Source: Promethearchaeota archaeon (GTDB lineage Archaea; Asgardarchaeota; Lokiarchaeia; Sigyniarchaeales; SOKP01). Taken from it: a stretch of 64,000 nucleotides of DNA. The stretch covers positions 32,001 through 96,000 of the forward strand of contig JAEOTZ010000072.1 in assembly GCA_016839585.1 (NCBI GenBank). The letters run 5' to 3'. The position numbers were made by a program, and so were the translations under genes. Numbering within the stretch: the stretch's first letter is position 1; the number at the start of each line of letters is the position of its first letter. This document shows positions 48,176-58,377 of the stretch, piece by piece. The notes beneath the pieces are model-generated. The model was not told the DNA's origin, searched no databases, and saw only the letters and a program-made list of their open reading frames with translations.

Positions 48176-48817
48176 TCACAGACTTTGGGCTGATTTTGCA
48201 AGTGATTTCCCACAATTTGTGCAAAATTTCTTCTTTACTTTTAATCCAATTCCACAATAGGGACAAAAGTTAGTAATTTGAGGTTTTCCAGTAATTTCTG
48301 CTTCGGTTTGTGCTGATGGTGTAGTTTTAGGAGGGATTTCTTTTAATTGGTCTGGGAATCCATATAATATGATAATACTATAAACGCATATCCCCGTAAC
48401 GACTAGATCACCAAATAAATGCGCTATTAATATTCCACTAGTTAATTCTGCTCTTGCTAAAAATATAATTGCCCGAATTTCCAGAAACAAAGATATACAT
48501 GTGAATATTAGTACTATAATAGTCACAGCTTTACTTTCTTTTAATACAAGTGTTAAAACACCAAAGGTTACACTTATAGCAAGATAAACCACGCCTATAA
48601 AAATCATTGCAAGCCAAAAGAATAATCCTGCAATTATTTCTGCTGTTGCTGCTACAATAAGTTCCCCTAAATTAGTAGCATTGTAATCAAGACCGAAATT
48701 AAAGAGAACTATTAATGCTTTTAACCCATTTCTTGAGAAAGCCATTAATAAAATAGTGATAGAAAATATAAGTATTATGACACCAGCAATGGTCTTTAAA
48801 ATTTCCACTTTATTCAT
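48176..48817 (-). CDS. Membrane protein with C-terminal double zinc ribbon
   Basis: Four TM segments; FCPYCG...KFCTNCG. Confidence 0.85.
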   Translation of the reverse strand: MNKVEILKTIAGVIILIFSITILLMAFSRNGLKALIVLFNFGLDYNATNLGELIVAATAEIIAGLFFWLAMIFIGVVYLAISVTFGVLTLVLKESKAVTIIVLIFTCISLFLEIRAIIFLARAELTSGILIAHLFGDLVVTGICVYSIIILYGFPDQLKEIPPKTTPSAQTEAEITGKPQITNFCPYCGIGLKVKKKFCTNCGKSLAKSAQSL

Positions 48818-49005
48818 GTCAAATAATCACACTTTTTCAATTAATTTGTTAAAATTTTTTTAATTAATGGATTATAAGAAAAAACTAAGATATCTCTTAA
48901 TTTATAAATTTCTAAAATAGTGTTAAGAAAATTAAATATTTATTTAAAATTATATGAGTCTAATCGCATTGAAATATATTTTTAGCTTTAAATTTTTTAG
49001 AAATT

Positions 49006-49986
49006 TCATTTAAGCTCAATTCTTAGAAGATCTTCTGCCAATATTGTGTTTGGAAAAATTTCTTTAGCTTCTTCGAGTAATTTTAAAGCATCATCTTGGT
49101 ATCTTGCTGAAATATGTGTCAAGATTAATTGTTTAGCATTCATTTTTTTAGCATCAAGGGCAGCATCAACAGAGGTAGAATGTTTCTTCTCTTTAGCAGT
49201 TTCAGCTAATATCTTAGAATATGTGGCTTCATGAATTAAAACATCAGAATCTTTTCCTAATTCTATTAGAGAATCGCATGGTGCCAAATCTCCAGAATAA
49301 GTAATTTTTCTACCTGGTCTTTTTGGACCAACAATTCCTTCTTTTACAGGGTTAATAATTTTTCCATTAAATTCAATCTCTAAACCTTCTTGAAGTTTTT
49401 TCCATGTTCTACTCTCAGGAATCCCTAATTCTTTAGCTCTTTCAGGATTAAACTTTCCGTAACGAGGATTTTCAATAAAAGAATATGCATAAGTAGTTAT
49501 CGAATGGTTAACTAGTGCGAATCTTATTGAGAAATATTTTGACTTATAAATTAAATTATCTTTTATTTTTACAGTATCTTTGGGATCCTCAGTATCTAGG
49601 CCTTCAAATTCTATTAAATTATTATTAATATGATCAATTTCTACAATTTTAATTGGATATTTAGCTTTTAAGCCTAGGATTTTTTTATGAAGATATATAT
49701 AAAGGAAAAGATTTTGAGGACCAAAAATGGTAAGAGGTGCAGTCCTTTCATTTAGACTTAATCGAAATAAGAATCCTGGAAGACCTATAATATGATCTCC
49801 ATGAAAATGCGAGACTAAAGCGATAATAGGCTTATTGAATTTCAAGCCGGCTTCAGCAAATCTACGTTGGAAATCTTCTCCGCAGTCAAATAATAAAATT
49901 TTATTTTTATATCTTATTGCTATCGAGCTTAGATTACGGCTTTTAATAGGTGTAGCTGCTGCTGATCCTAAAATAATGAGTTCCAT
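49006..49986 (-). CDS. rnz: Ribonuclease Z
   Basis: LFDCGE, SHFHGDHIIGL, exosite GIP, YSGD, HEATY, HST, LTHISARY. Confidence 0.96.
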   Translation of the reverse strand: MELIILGSAAATPIKSRNLSSIAIRYKNKILLFDCGEDFQRRFAEAGLKFNKPIIALVSHFHGDHIIGLPGFLFRLSLNERTAPLTIFGPQNLFLYIYLHKKILGLKAKYPIKIVEIDHINNNLIEFEGLDTEDPKDTVKIKDNLIYKSKYFSIRFALVNHSITTYAYSFIENPRYGKFNPERAKELGIPESRTWKKLQEGLEIEFNGKIINPVKEGIVGPKRPGRKITYSGDLAPCDSLIELGKDSDVLIHEATYSKILAETAKEKKHSTSVDAALDAKKMNAKQLILTHISARYQDDALKLLEEAKEIFPNTILAEDLLRIELK

Positions 49987-50010
49987 AATGACTGTTATTT
50001 AGTGTTAGTT

Positions 50011-51312
50011 TTATTTTTTTCTTAACACTGAAATCTCTAACCTTTGTTCGGCATTTTGCTTTTTTAGATCTTCAATTAAGCTTTTAAGTTCCTTCAATCT
50101 TAAAGTTAAATTAGGATCTTCTGCTGAAGCTGGTGGCGGCTGACTCTGAGGTTGAATATAACTACCTTCTAATTTTTCTTGTATTTCATTAATTTTCTTG
50201 TCTTTTAATCTAATTTGAGATTCTAGTTGTTTATATTTACCTTTTATTTGGACAGCTTCGTTTTTAATTGTTTCAATTTCTCCTTCTCTTATTTCAAGTT
50301 GTTTCTGTAGAAATATAGCCATCTCTCTTTGCATTTTTAATTGTCCTTCCAATTCACTTTGAGGTTTAGCTTGCTCTGGTGACTTTTCACCATCGTACTG
50401 CTTAAGTTGCTCTTGAAGAGATCTTATTTGATTTTTAGCCTTATTCAGTTTGTTTTGCAAATCTTGTAAAACTTCAGAAGGAGCACCAGATTGTTCTGTA
50501 TCAAATTCTACTTCAACCTGTTGTATTGTAGATATATCACTCCTTAAATTTTGGATTTCTATATCTCGTTTTTCTAAAAGTTCTTTTAAATCATTAATCT
50601 CACCTGTTAACTCAGGCTCTTCCGCTACTTTTTCTCCCTTTTTTTCCTTCTTTTTGAATTTTTCAAGTTTTTTGTTTAAATCTTGTACTTGTCTTTTAGA
50701 TTTATTTAGTTGGTTTTGAAGATCTTCAATTAAAGTTTTCTGTATTGAAGCACTTTCTTTATCTCCATCAGCAGCATTTATTAAACTCTGATTCAATTTT
50801 GAAATATCTGATTTTAGTGTAGCAATTTCTTCTTCTTTATCTTTCAGTATTTCACTAATTTCTGCTTTGTTATCAACTTGTCTTTTTAAATCATTAATAG
50901 TTGAGCTTTGTTTATTTATTTTATCTTGTAATTCATTTACTAAAGCATTGAGAGGAGATTTGGGTTTTAAATCTTCTATTCGAATAACCGAAGAATTAGA
51001 TTTTTTTTTTGTAAATTTTTCAAGTTTTTGTTGAAGCTCTATATTTTCTTTTCTTAAAAATCCCATTTTATCTTTTAATTCTCTAATTTGCTTATCTTTT
51101 TCCTCAATTCCTAAAGAGTGTATTGAATCCATTGCTTGCATTTTTTTACTCTTTTTTGTACTAACTGCAGAAGGAATAACTTCTTCTTCCAAATGCATAA
51201 TATGATCTTCGAGTTCTTCGATTTTATCGAGTAAATGGAGAATTTCTTGTTCTTTTTTCTCCAAATCCTTCTCTAATTGATTGATTCTATCTTTTAGAGG
51301 ATCTTTCGACAT
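50011..51312 (-). CDS. Long coiled-coil protein
   Basis: Heptad-rich E/K/Q/L sequence along the whole length. Confidence 0.8.
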   Translation of the reverse strand: MSKDPLKDRINQLEKDLEKKEQEILHLLDKIEELEDHIMHLEEEVIPSAVSTKKSKKMQAMDSIHSLGIEEKDKQIRELKDKMGFLRKENIELQQKLEKFTKKKSNSSVIRIEDLKPKSPLNALVNELQDKINKQSSTINDLKRQVDNKAEISEILKDKEEEIATLKSDISKLNQSLINAADGDKESASIQKTLIEDLQNQLNKSKRQVQDLNKKLEKFKKKEKKGEKVAEEPELTGEINDLKELLEKRDIEIQNLRSDISTIQQVEVEFDTEQSGAPSEVLQDLQNKLNKAKNQIRSLQEQLKQYDGEKSPEQAKPQSELEGQLKMQREMAIFLQKQLEIREGEIETIKNEAVQIKGKYKQLESQIRLKDKKINEIQEKLEGSYIQPQSQPPPASAEDPNLTLRLKELKSLIEDLKKQNAEQRLEISVLRKK

Positions 51313-51453
51313 CTTGAAAAATTACCTTTATTCCTTAAAATAAAATTTTCTTATATTTTACTTATACAATTTTAGTAATTAAATTTTAACTAATATGATA
51401 ATTTTTAGTTGTGTGAAAAAGTGGTCAATTCTCTATTCATATTAAAATTAGAC

Positions 51454-53367
51454 TTAATAAAGATTAAAATCTTTAATATTAAATTTGTTAATCTTTTTCA
51501 TAATTGGAATAAGACTCAAAATATTGAAAATTATAAATGCTATAAACAGGAATGAAAGAAGAATGAATGGTAAGTATAATGGTGGTAAAGATACTCGCTC
51601 AAACAAGAAGACTGAGTTAATAATCATTCCTATTCCTAAACATAATAAAAGAGCAGGGATGATGATAAAGAGAGATTCCAAGAATAATATTTTTTTTAAA
51701 GACTTATTCTTTGATCCTATTGCCCGCATAATGAGAAAATCTTTAGCATTTTCAATGATTCCTCCTCGTTGATAAAAATTCAATATTAAAAGAGACACGA
51801 AAGCTATTATCAGGATTAAAATTATCGGGTATAATGATAAATTAAATAAATAATCTATATTTTTTTTGAAAATAGCGTCTAACTTTAGATGAATAAAATC
51901 TGCACCCAAATTATTAGTTATGTTAATGATTTCATCTATAATAATATTATAACTTCCAGATTTTAGTTTTAGTATAATTAAGTTGATTTCATCGTAAGTA
52001 AAATTTAATAGCTCACGAGATTCATTCAATCCAATATAACCAGCATAACCATTAAAGAAACTATCAATTAATACACCACAGATACCTGGTCTAAATGTTT
52101 TATTTAAACCCATAATCTCTAGATATTGATCTAAGGGATACTCAAAGAAATTGTATGCTAATCCATCTCCAATTGTCATATTTGCAAAAGAATCATCATT
52201 TGTAAAAAATCTACCTTCAAGTTCAAAATTTTGAATAATCTTCTCAGGATTTACTCCTATTATTGGAAAATTTCCAGTTCTTTGTTTTCCTACTGTTATA
52301 TATTCACCATCAATTATAATATGTCCATCCAATTCTTCAACATCATAAAAATTTATTAATCTCTCGTCTATCTTTTCAATATCATCAATTGTTTCCAGAT
52401 TATTAATGTCACTGAAATTAAAAATGTATTTTGTGTCTGTAAGATTTATTGTATCTTCATCAACTATTATTCTTGGATTTGAAAACATTTTATACATTAA
52501 GGAATAGTTATATACAACATCTTTGTGACCAATAACAACAATATTCTCACCCTGGGATTTTCTAATCCACTCCTGAGAAGAACTAGTTAAAACAATAGTG
52601 CCTAATCCCAAAGTAAAAATTATAAGAGAAATTAAACTAAAAACAATGATATATCTTCTAAATTCTCCCTTTCTTCTTATATTATTAATTACTGAAATTT
52701 TTAAATTAAATCCTAGTTTTGAAAGCCACTTTGGAACTAAACTTAATCTTTTCTTAGCATGAAAATTATAAGGTATATCTGCTGAAAAAGTTTTAATTAT
52801 TTTTTGAGCTCCAATTTTCCTTAAAGCATAACCAGTTACAAAAAAAATACCCAAAATACAAGAAATGAATATAATAGGTGTATAAAACCAATCAATTTGA
52901 AAATTTATAGGAACATTTAATAAAAACATGATTAAAGTAAATATTCCAAATGATATCAAGCCCAGAATCCAGCCAAGGATAAAACCTAGTATAAAAATAA
53001 TAAATGCTTCGAGAAGATAAAAGCTATATAATTTCCCTGGTAGGGTACCCAACGCTTTCATTATTGCAATATCTCTTTTCTTATGGATAATTAACGTAGT
53101 TGTAATGACAACAACTACAACTATTGATAAAATGATTACTAAAACAAGTACTAAAGAAATAAACTCTTTATATACTAAATTAATTGCACCTGTAAAGAAA
53201 TAGTTATTTTTTAAACTGGTAGATATTATCATATTTAAACCAAATGAAGATGTGAAATATATTAAAAATTCTGTTAAAGCAATTACCAAAACAATAATCA
53301 GTAAATAAGGGATGGTGGTATCCCTCTTTCGATATATATCTTTTAAAACAAAATCAAGTGAAGTCAC
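51454..53367 (-). CDS. FtsX/MacB-family ABC permease
   Basis: KRDIAIMKALG and FLIMRAIG motifs; two TM clusters. Confidence 0.88.
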   Translation of the reverse strand: MTSLDFVLKDIYRKRDTTIPYLLIIVLVIALTEFLIYFTSSFGLNMIISTSLKNNYFFTGAINLVYKEFISLVLVLVIILSIVVVVVITTTLIIHKKRDIAIMKALGTLPGKLYSFYLLEAFIIFILGFILGWILGLISFGIFTLIMFLLNVPINFQIDWFYTPIIFISCILGIFFVTGYALRKIGAQKIIKTFSADIPYNFHAKKRLSLVPKWLSKLGFNLKISVINNIRRKGEFRRYIIVFSLISLIIFTLGLGTIVLTSSSQEWIRKSQGENIVVIGHKDVVYNYSLMYKMFSNPRIIVDEDTINLTDTKYIFNFSDINNLETIDDIEKIDERLINFYDVEELDGHIIIDGEYITVGKQRTGNFPIIGVNPEKIIQNFELEGRFFTNDDSFANMTIGDGLAYNFFEYPLDQYLEIMGLNKTFRPGICGVLIDSFFNGYAGYIGLNESRELLNFTYDEINLIILKLKSGSYNIIIDEIINITNNLGADFIHLKLDAIFKKNIDYLFNLSLYPIILILIIAFVSLLILNFYQRGGIIENAKDFLIMRAIGSKNKSLKKILFLESLFIIIPALLLCLGIGMIINSVFLFERVSLPPLYLPFILLSFLFIAFIIFNILSLIPIMKKINKFNIKDFNLY

Positions 53368-53380
53368 TTTCTAATACCAT

Positions 53381-54139
53381 TTATCCTTCATTTCTTTTAG
53401 TTAATATATCTTCCTTTACTATTTTCCCATCATCAAATAGTAGAATTCTATCTGCTAAAGCTAGCAAATAATCATCATGAGTAGCAATAATAATTGTGAC
53501 ATCATCATTCTTTAAATCATTAAAAAGATCTCTAATAAACTGACTTGTTTTTTTATCTAAATTAGCAGTTGGCTCATCGGCAAGTATAAGGGGAGGATTA
53601 TTTGATAGAGCTCTAGCAATTGCAACTCTCTGCTGTTCTCCAGCTGATAATTGAAATGGCAGGTGTTCTCTGCGTTCACCTAATCCCATTTTTCTTAATA
53701 AATTAACTGCACGTTCTCTTTGCTCTTTAAATTTCATACCTGCAAGATTCATTGGAAACATAACGTTTTCCTCAGCAGTAAGAGTACTTATAAGATTATA
53801 ATTTTGAAAAATGAATCCTGAATTTATTAACCTAAACGTTGCTAGCGATTCTTCTTTCATATCAGAAATTTTGATGCCCAGATTGTAAATTATTCCTTTG
53901 TTGGGGGTATCTAATCCACCTAATAAATTTAATAGAGTTGTTTTTCCTGCTCCAGAAGGTCCTTTAATACAAAGAAATTTACCATTCCTAATTTTTAAAG
54001 ACACATTATCAACTGCTCTAACAATAAATTCACCTATTTCATAATCTTTAACTAAATTCATAGCAATAATGTGATAATTCTTTATCTCATCTAACTCTAA
54101 AGCACCATCTTCTTCTTCAAATTCTTCTTTTACTGTCAA
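53381..54139 (-). CDS. ABC transporter ATP-binding protein (LolD/MacB type)
   Basis: GPSGAGKTT, LSAGEQQRVAIARAL, ADEPTANLD. Confidence 0.95.
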   Translation of the reverse strand: MTVKEEFEEEDGALELDEIKNYHIIAMNLVKDYEIGEFIVRAVDNVSLKIRNGKFLCIKGPSGAGKTTLLNLLGGLDTPNKGIIYNLGIKISDMKEESLATFRLINSGFIFQNYNLISTLTAEENVMFPMNLAGMKFKEQRERAVNLLRKMGLGERREHLPFQLSAGEQQRVAIARALSNNPPLILADEPTANLDKKTSQFIRDLFNDLKNDDVTIIIATHDDYLLALADRILLFDDGKIVKEDILTKRNEG

Positions 54140-54574
54140 GATTTCAAAATTATTAGAGTTTAATTTAAATTAAAAAGGTTTTTCAAAGAAGATAACAATT
54201 CTTCAAAAATTCTATTTAAAAAATTAATAACAAATTTTTATAATTTATGTTTAAAATTAAATTAAGTTTAAATATTAAAATTTCATATTTATCTTTTAGA
54301 GGGAAGACTGAGAAAATAAAATATTTATAATATCCCCTAATTTCCTAATTAAACACCTGCGCAATTCGCGCCAAGGATCAAATGGTACTAAATTTTATCC
54401 CAAAGTTTTAAGCTACATGCTTAAGATTTTGATTTTCTCTTCTTCCTTCTTCTCTTTTTTTAGTTTTATATAAAACGTTTTTTTAGTAAAAATAAGATTT
54501 AAAGGAGAAATTTAATTTAACATTTATAATAATTAGGGAATAAATTATATATATATAAGAAATAGTAGATTTTT

Positions 54575-55207
54575 ATGGATTTTGAAAAATTAACGGAACT
54601 TATAATTGAATTAGAAGTGGATGATATTGCTGATGCAGTAAAGGAAGCATTGGATGAGGAAAAAGATCCTTTTGATGTTTTGAATGCATTAACTAAGGGA
54701 ATGGATGAAGTTGGGCGTCGATATGAAGAAAAAGATTATTATTTAACCGAATTGGTACTAGCGGGAGAAACTATGAAGGAGGCTTTTACTATTTTAAAAC
54801 CAGCTTTAGCTGCTGTCGATAAATCACAAGAGAAAGTTAAAATAATCATTGGTACCGTAAAGGGGGATAATCATGATATTGGTAAAAATATATTAGGATC
54901 ATTGCTCTTGAGCTCTGGTTTTGAAATTTATGACCTTGGAATGGATGTTGATGAAAAAGCAATTGTTGAGAAGGTTAAAGAAACAGGAGCAACTATTATT
55001 GGATTAAGCTCCCTTCTTACGATGACTGTTGAACACATTAAAACTGTCCATGAAGCTTTGGTTGATGCTGGGCTCCGTGATAAAGTTAAATTAATTGTTG
55101 GGGGCGCTCCTTTAAATATGGAACTTGCTAAAAGACTTGGAGCTGATGATTTTGCAGATGATGCCGTGGAAGGTATAAAACATATCAAGAAGTTAGCAGG
55201 GATGTAA
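54575..55207 (+). CDS. Methyltransferase cognate corrinoid protein (MtaC/MttC-like)
   Basis: Cap domain GMDEVG..YE; GDNHDIGKN, SSLLT, VGGAP B12-binding motifs. Confidence 0.93.
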   Translation: MDFEKLTELIIELEVDDIADAVKEALDEEKDPFDVLNALTKGMDEVGRRYEEKDYYLTELVLAGETMKEAFTILKPALAAVDKSQEKVKIIIGTVKGDNHDIGKNILGSLLLSSGFEIYDLGMDVDEKAIVEKVKETGATIIGLSSLLTMTVEHIKTVHEALVDAGLRDKVKLIVGGAPLNMELAKRLGADDFADDAVEGIKHIKKLAGM

Positions 55208-55477
55208 AAGTAATTTAGCTATTTTCTTATTTTTCTCTTTCCTCCTTAATATTACAATTTTTTCAATCTGGATTTATAAATTATAAAGAACTTTTTTTAA
55301 GTATTTTATATCTTTTCTACGATTAGTGTTTATTTTAATTAAAATATAATGAGAACATTTAAACTCTTTTTAAATTGTTTATATCTTAAGATTTAATCTA
55401 AATAAATTATCCCTTCCAATATATGATTTTTAAAAAATATTTTAGAATAGAATAAAAATTTAAAGGAGGTTTAAAAA

Positions 55478-55732
55478 TTGAGTGAGAAAGATAATAACGA
55501 TGTTGAATATGATGAAGAATTAGATACACGAGGTTTATTTTGTCCAGAACCTCTTTTCGAGGTTAGGAATTTAAGTGAAACCCTTGAAGTAGGGCAATGT
55601 TTTAAAGTGATTGCTGATGATCCTGCTGCTGAGGAGGATCTTACGCGGTGGGCTAAGAGGACAGAGACACAATTAGTAGAGTTTAGAAAGGATGGGGACG
55701 ATTTAATATTTTATTTTAAAAAAGTAAAATAA
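55478..55732 (+). CDS. tusA: TusA-family sulfurtransferase
   Basis: LDTRGLFCPEP, ADDP...D. Confidence 0.92.
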   Translation: MSEKDNNDVEYDEELDTRGLFCPEPLFEVRNLSETLEVGQCFKVIADDPAAEEDLTRWAKRTETQLVEFRKDGDDLIFYFKKVK

Positions 55733-55737
55733 AAGAG

Positions 55738-56109
55738 ATGAGAAAAAAAATGGAAGAAAAACATATTCTTTATGTTCAAACAAGTCATGATCCAGAAAGA
55801 CAATATAGTCCTCTTGTTTTAGCTCAAACTGCTAAGGCAATGGATATTAAAGCTACTGTTTATTACTTAGGTACTGCTTTAAGAATATTAAAACCTGGAG
55901 AGGCTGAAAAGATAAAACTTGGTGATTTTCCCAGTGTTAAAGAAATGATTGATAAAACATTAAATATGGGTATTGAAATATTAGTATGCGAAGCTTCAAA
56001 GCGAATGTTAGGTTGGGAAAAAGCGGAGCTCATTCCAGGCATTAAAATTGTAGGTGCTGCAACTTTAAATGATTTAGTCTTAGATGCTGATGCAACACAG
56101 TGGTTTTAA
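55738..56109 (+). CDS. DsrE/DsrF-family sulfur-relay protein
   Basis: GIEILVCEAS, IVGAA motifs; lies between tusA and iscS. Confidence 0.85.
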   Translation: MRKKMEEKHILYVQTSHDPERQYSPLVLAQTAKAMDIKATVYYLGTALRILKPGEAEKIKLGDFPSVKEMIDKTLNMGIEILVCEASKRMLGWEKAELIPGIKIVGAATLNDLVLDADATQWF

Positions 56110-56175
56110 TATTTATTTAATTGAGATAATTATATAAATTATTAATTAAAGAATTTTATAATTGAGGAGGTAAAA

Positions 56176-57369
56176 ATGAGTATATATCTGGATTATCAAG
56201 CAGCAAAACCAGTTGATGTAAGAGTAGTTTCAGAGATGACTATATACTTTAATAACAAGTTTGCTAATCCATCTTCTTTACATTGCGATGGGGATGAAGC
56301 AACTGATGCATTAATTGAATCTCGCCAAAAAATTGCTGATTTTATTAATGCTCCAAACACATCAGATATAATTTTTACATCAAGTGCTACTGAATCAAAC
56401 AATCTAGCACTTATAGGTTCAGCAATGAGAAATAAAAAGAAAGGCAACCATATAATTATATCCGAGATTGAACATATATCCATATTAAATATCGCTAAAT
56501 ATTTGGAACGTGAAGGTTTCAAGGTTAGTAGAGTTCCCGTAGATCAATTTGGAATTATTAAACTTGAGAAGTTGGAGAAATTAATAAATGATCAGACAAT
56601 TTTAATTTCAATCTCTACTGCGAGTAATGAGGTTGGATCTCTTCAACCAATAAAAGAGATTAGTGAAATTGCGGCAAAAAAGAATGTTTTATTTCATACT
56701 GATGCTGTAGCTAGTGAAGGTGTTATTCCGATCGATGTACAAAAAGTACCGATAGATATGATGACCTTATCTTCGAATGATATTTATGGACCTAGGGGTG
56801 TCGGAGCACTTTACTTAAAAAAGGGAGTACGTATAAATCCAATAATAATAGGTGGCGGTCAAGAACGAGGATTGAGATCTGGTTCAGAAAATGTCCCTGG
56901 TATCGTAGGTTTTGCTAAAGCAGCTGAAATTATGAGAGAAGAAATTAAAACAGAAGTAATAAGGCTAAAAAGTATGAGAGACAAACTGATTCAAGAAGTA
57001 TTAAGTAGAGTTCCAAATTCGTATTTAAATGGACATCCTGAAAAACGACTTCCTAATAATGCACATTTTAGATTTGATTATATTGAAGGAGAATCATTAA
57101 TATTATCTTTAAAAGATCAAAAAGTAGCTGCTGCCACGGGTTCTGCATGTTCATCAAAGACCTTAGAACCATCTCATACATTAATTTCAATGGGTTTATT
57201 ACATGAAGAGGCTCATGGCAGTTTATTATTCACATTAGGCAGGTTTACAAAAGAAGCTGATCTTGATAAAGCAATAGAAGTTTTACCTGGAATTGTTAAA
57301 CGTTTACGATTATTATCCCCTTTAACGCCTCCTGAATTAATAAAAAAGTATAATGAGGTGAATGATTAG
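56176..57369 (+). CDS. iscS: Cysteine desulfurase (IscS/NifS family)
   Basis: IYLDY.A, FANPSS.H, ATESNN, HTDAV, GGGQE..LRSG, GSACSS; the usual SxHK reads SSND. Confidence 0.9.
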   Translation: MSIYLDYQAAKPVDVRVVSEMTIYFNNKFANPSSLHCDGDEATDALIESRQKIADFINAPNTSDIIFTSSATESNNLALIGSAMRNKKKGNHIIISEIEHISILNIAKYLEREGFKVSRVPVDQFGIIKLEKLEKLINDQTILISISTASNEVGSLQPIKEISEIAAKKNVLFHTDAVASEGVIPIDVQKVPIDMMTLSSNDIYGPRGVGALYLKKGVRINPIIIGGGQERGLRSGSENVPGIVGFAKAAEIMREEIKTEVIRLKSMRDKLIQEVLSRVPNSYLNGHPEKRLPNNAHFRFDYIEGESLILSLKDQKVAAATGSACSSKTLEPSHTLISMGLLHEEAHGSLLFTLGRFTKEADLDKAIEVLPGIVKRLRLLSPLTPPELIKKYNEVND

Positions 57370-58168
57370 AATGAAATCTACACAATATACTGAAAAAGTG
57401 TTAGACCATTTTAGAAATCCAAGAAATGTTGGAGTAATAGAAAAACCAGATGGGTATGGTAAAGTTGGAAATCCTGTTTGTGGAGATTTAATGGAAATCT
57501 TCATTAAAGTGGGTAAAAATGATTCTGGAGAAGAAGTAATTGATGATGTTAAATTTAGAACTTTTGGATGCGGGTCTGCAGTGGCTACATCCTCAATGGT
57601 AACTACAATGGCTAAAGGGATGAAAGTTGATGATGCTTATAAAATAACTCGAAATGATGTTGCTGATGAGTTAGAAGGATTACCCCCAATAAAGATGCAT
57701 TGTTCAAACTTAGCGGCTGATGCCTTAAAAGCGGCTATAGATAATTATAGAACCAAATCAGACCCTTATGTCGAAATTGAGGCTAGAGCTTGCTCAGTAC
57801 CGGATATTAAAATAATTCTTGGTGAGGATGAGTTTCTTGGAAAAGGAGTTTATAAGAAAGTTGATGATTTGTCTGAATTTAATGGAAAAAGAGTTTTAGT
57901 GGTAGATACTGGAGATAAATCCTTAGAGCTTGCGATGAAATTAACTAAACATACTGGGAGAGTTGTAGTATTAACTTCTGCTAAAACTACACCTGGTTCA
58001 GAAGAATTAAAGAAAAAATTGAAACTATCAGATGTTAAAATCTTACACGAATCAGAGTTATTAGAAATTCAAGGTACTGATGATGTTGAAAAAGTAATAA
58101 TTCAAGATTTTGATGAAGATGAAAAATATGAATTATTCGTTGATACAGTCATCATACTTGAAGTTTAA
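57362..58168 (+). CDS. iscU: IscU/NifU scaffold fused to a thioredoxin-reductase-like NAD(P)-binding domain
   Basis: HFRNPRNVG, GNPVCGD, FGCGSA, KMHCS; C-terminal GEDEFLGKGV...GKRVLVV. Confidence 0.88.
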   Translation: MIRMKSTQYTEKVLDHFRNPRNVGVIEKPDGYGKVGNPVCGDLMEIFIKVGKNDSGEEVIDDVKFRTFGCGSAVATSSMVTTMAKGMKVDDAYKITRNDVADELEGLPPIKMHCSNLAADALKAAIDNYRTKSDPYVEIEARACSVPDIKIILGEDEFLGKGVYKKVDDLSEFNGKRVLVVDTGDKSLELAMKLTKHTGRVVVLTSAKTTPGSEELKKKLKLSDVKILHESELLEIQGTDDVEKVIIQDFDEDEKYELFVDTVIILEV

Positions 58169-58377
58169 GCAATTAAAAATTTTTTTTATTACTATTTCTA
58201 ATGAATTTTCAAATTATAAATAAAAAGCTCTTATAACTATAAAAGTCATGGATGTCAGCTCATATAATCTTTAAGTTATAATAGCGAGTTTTAAATTTAA
58301 ATGCAATTTATTTATTCTCAAAAGTAGTGTAAAAATCATACATAACTAAAATTAAAACAGATCGAGAGAGTGTTAAA

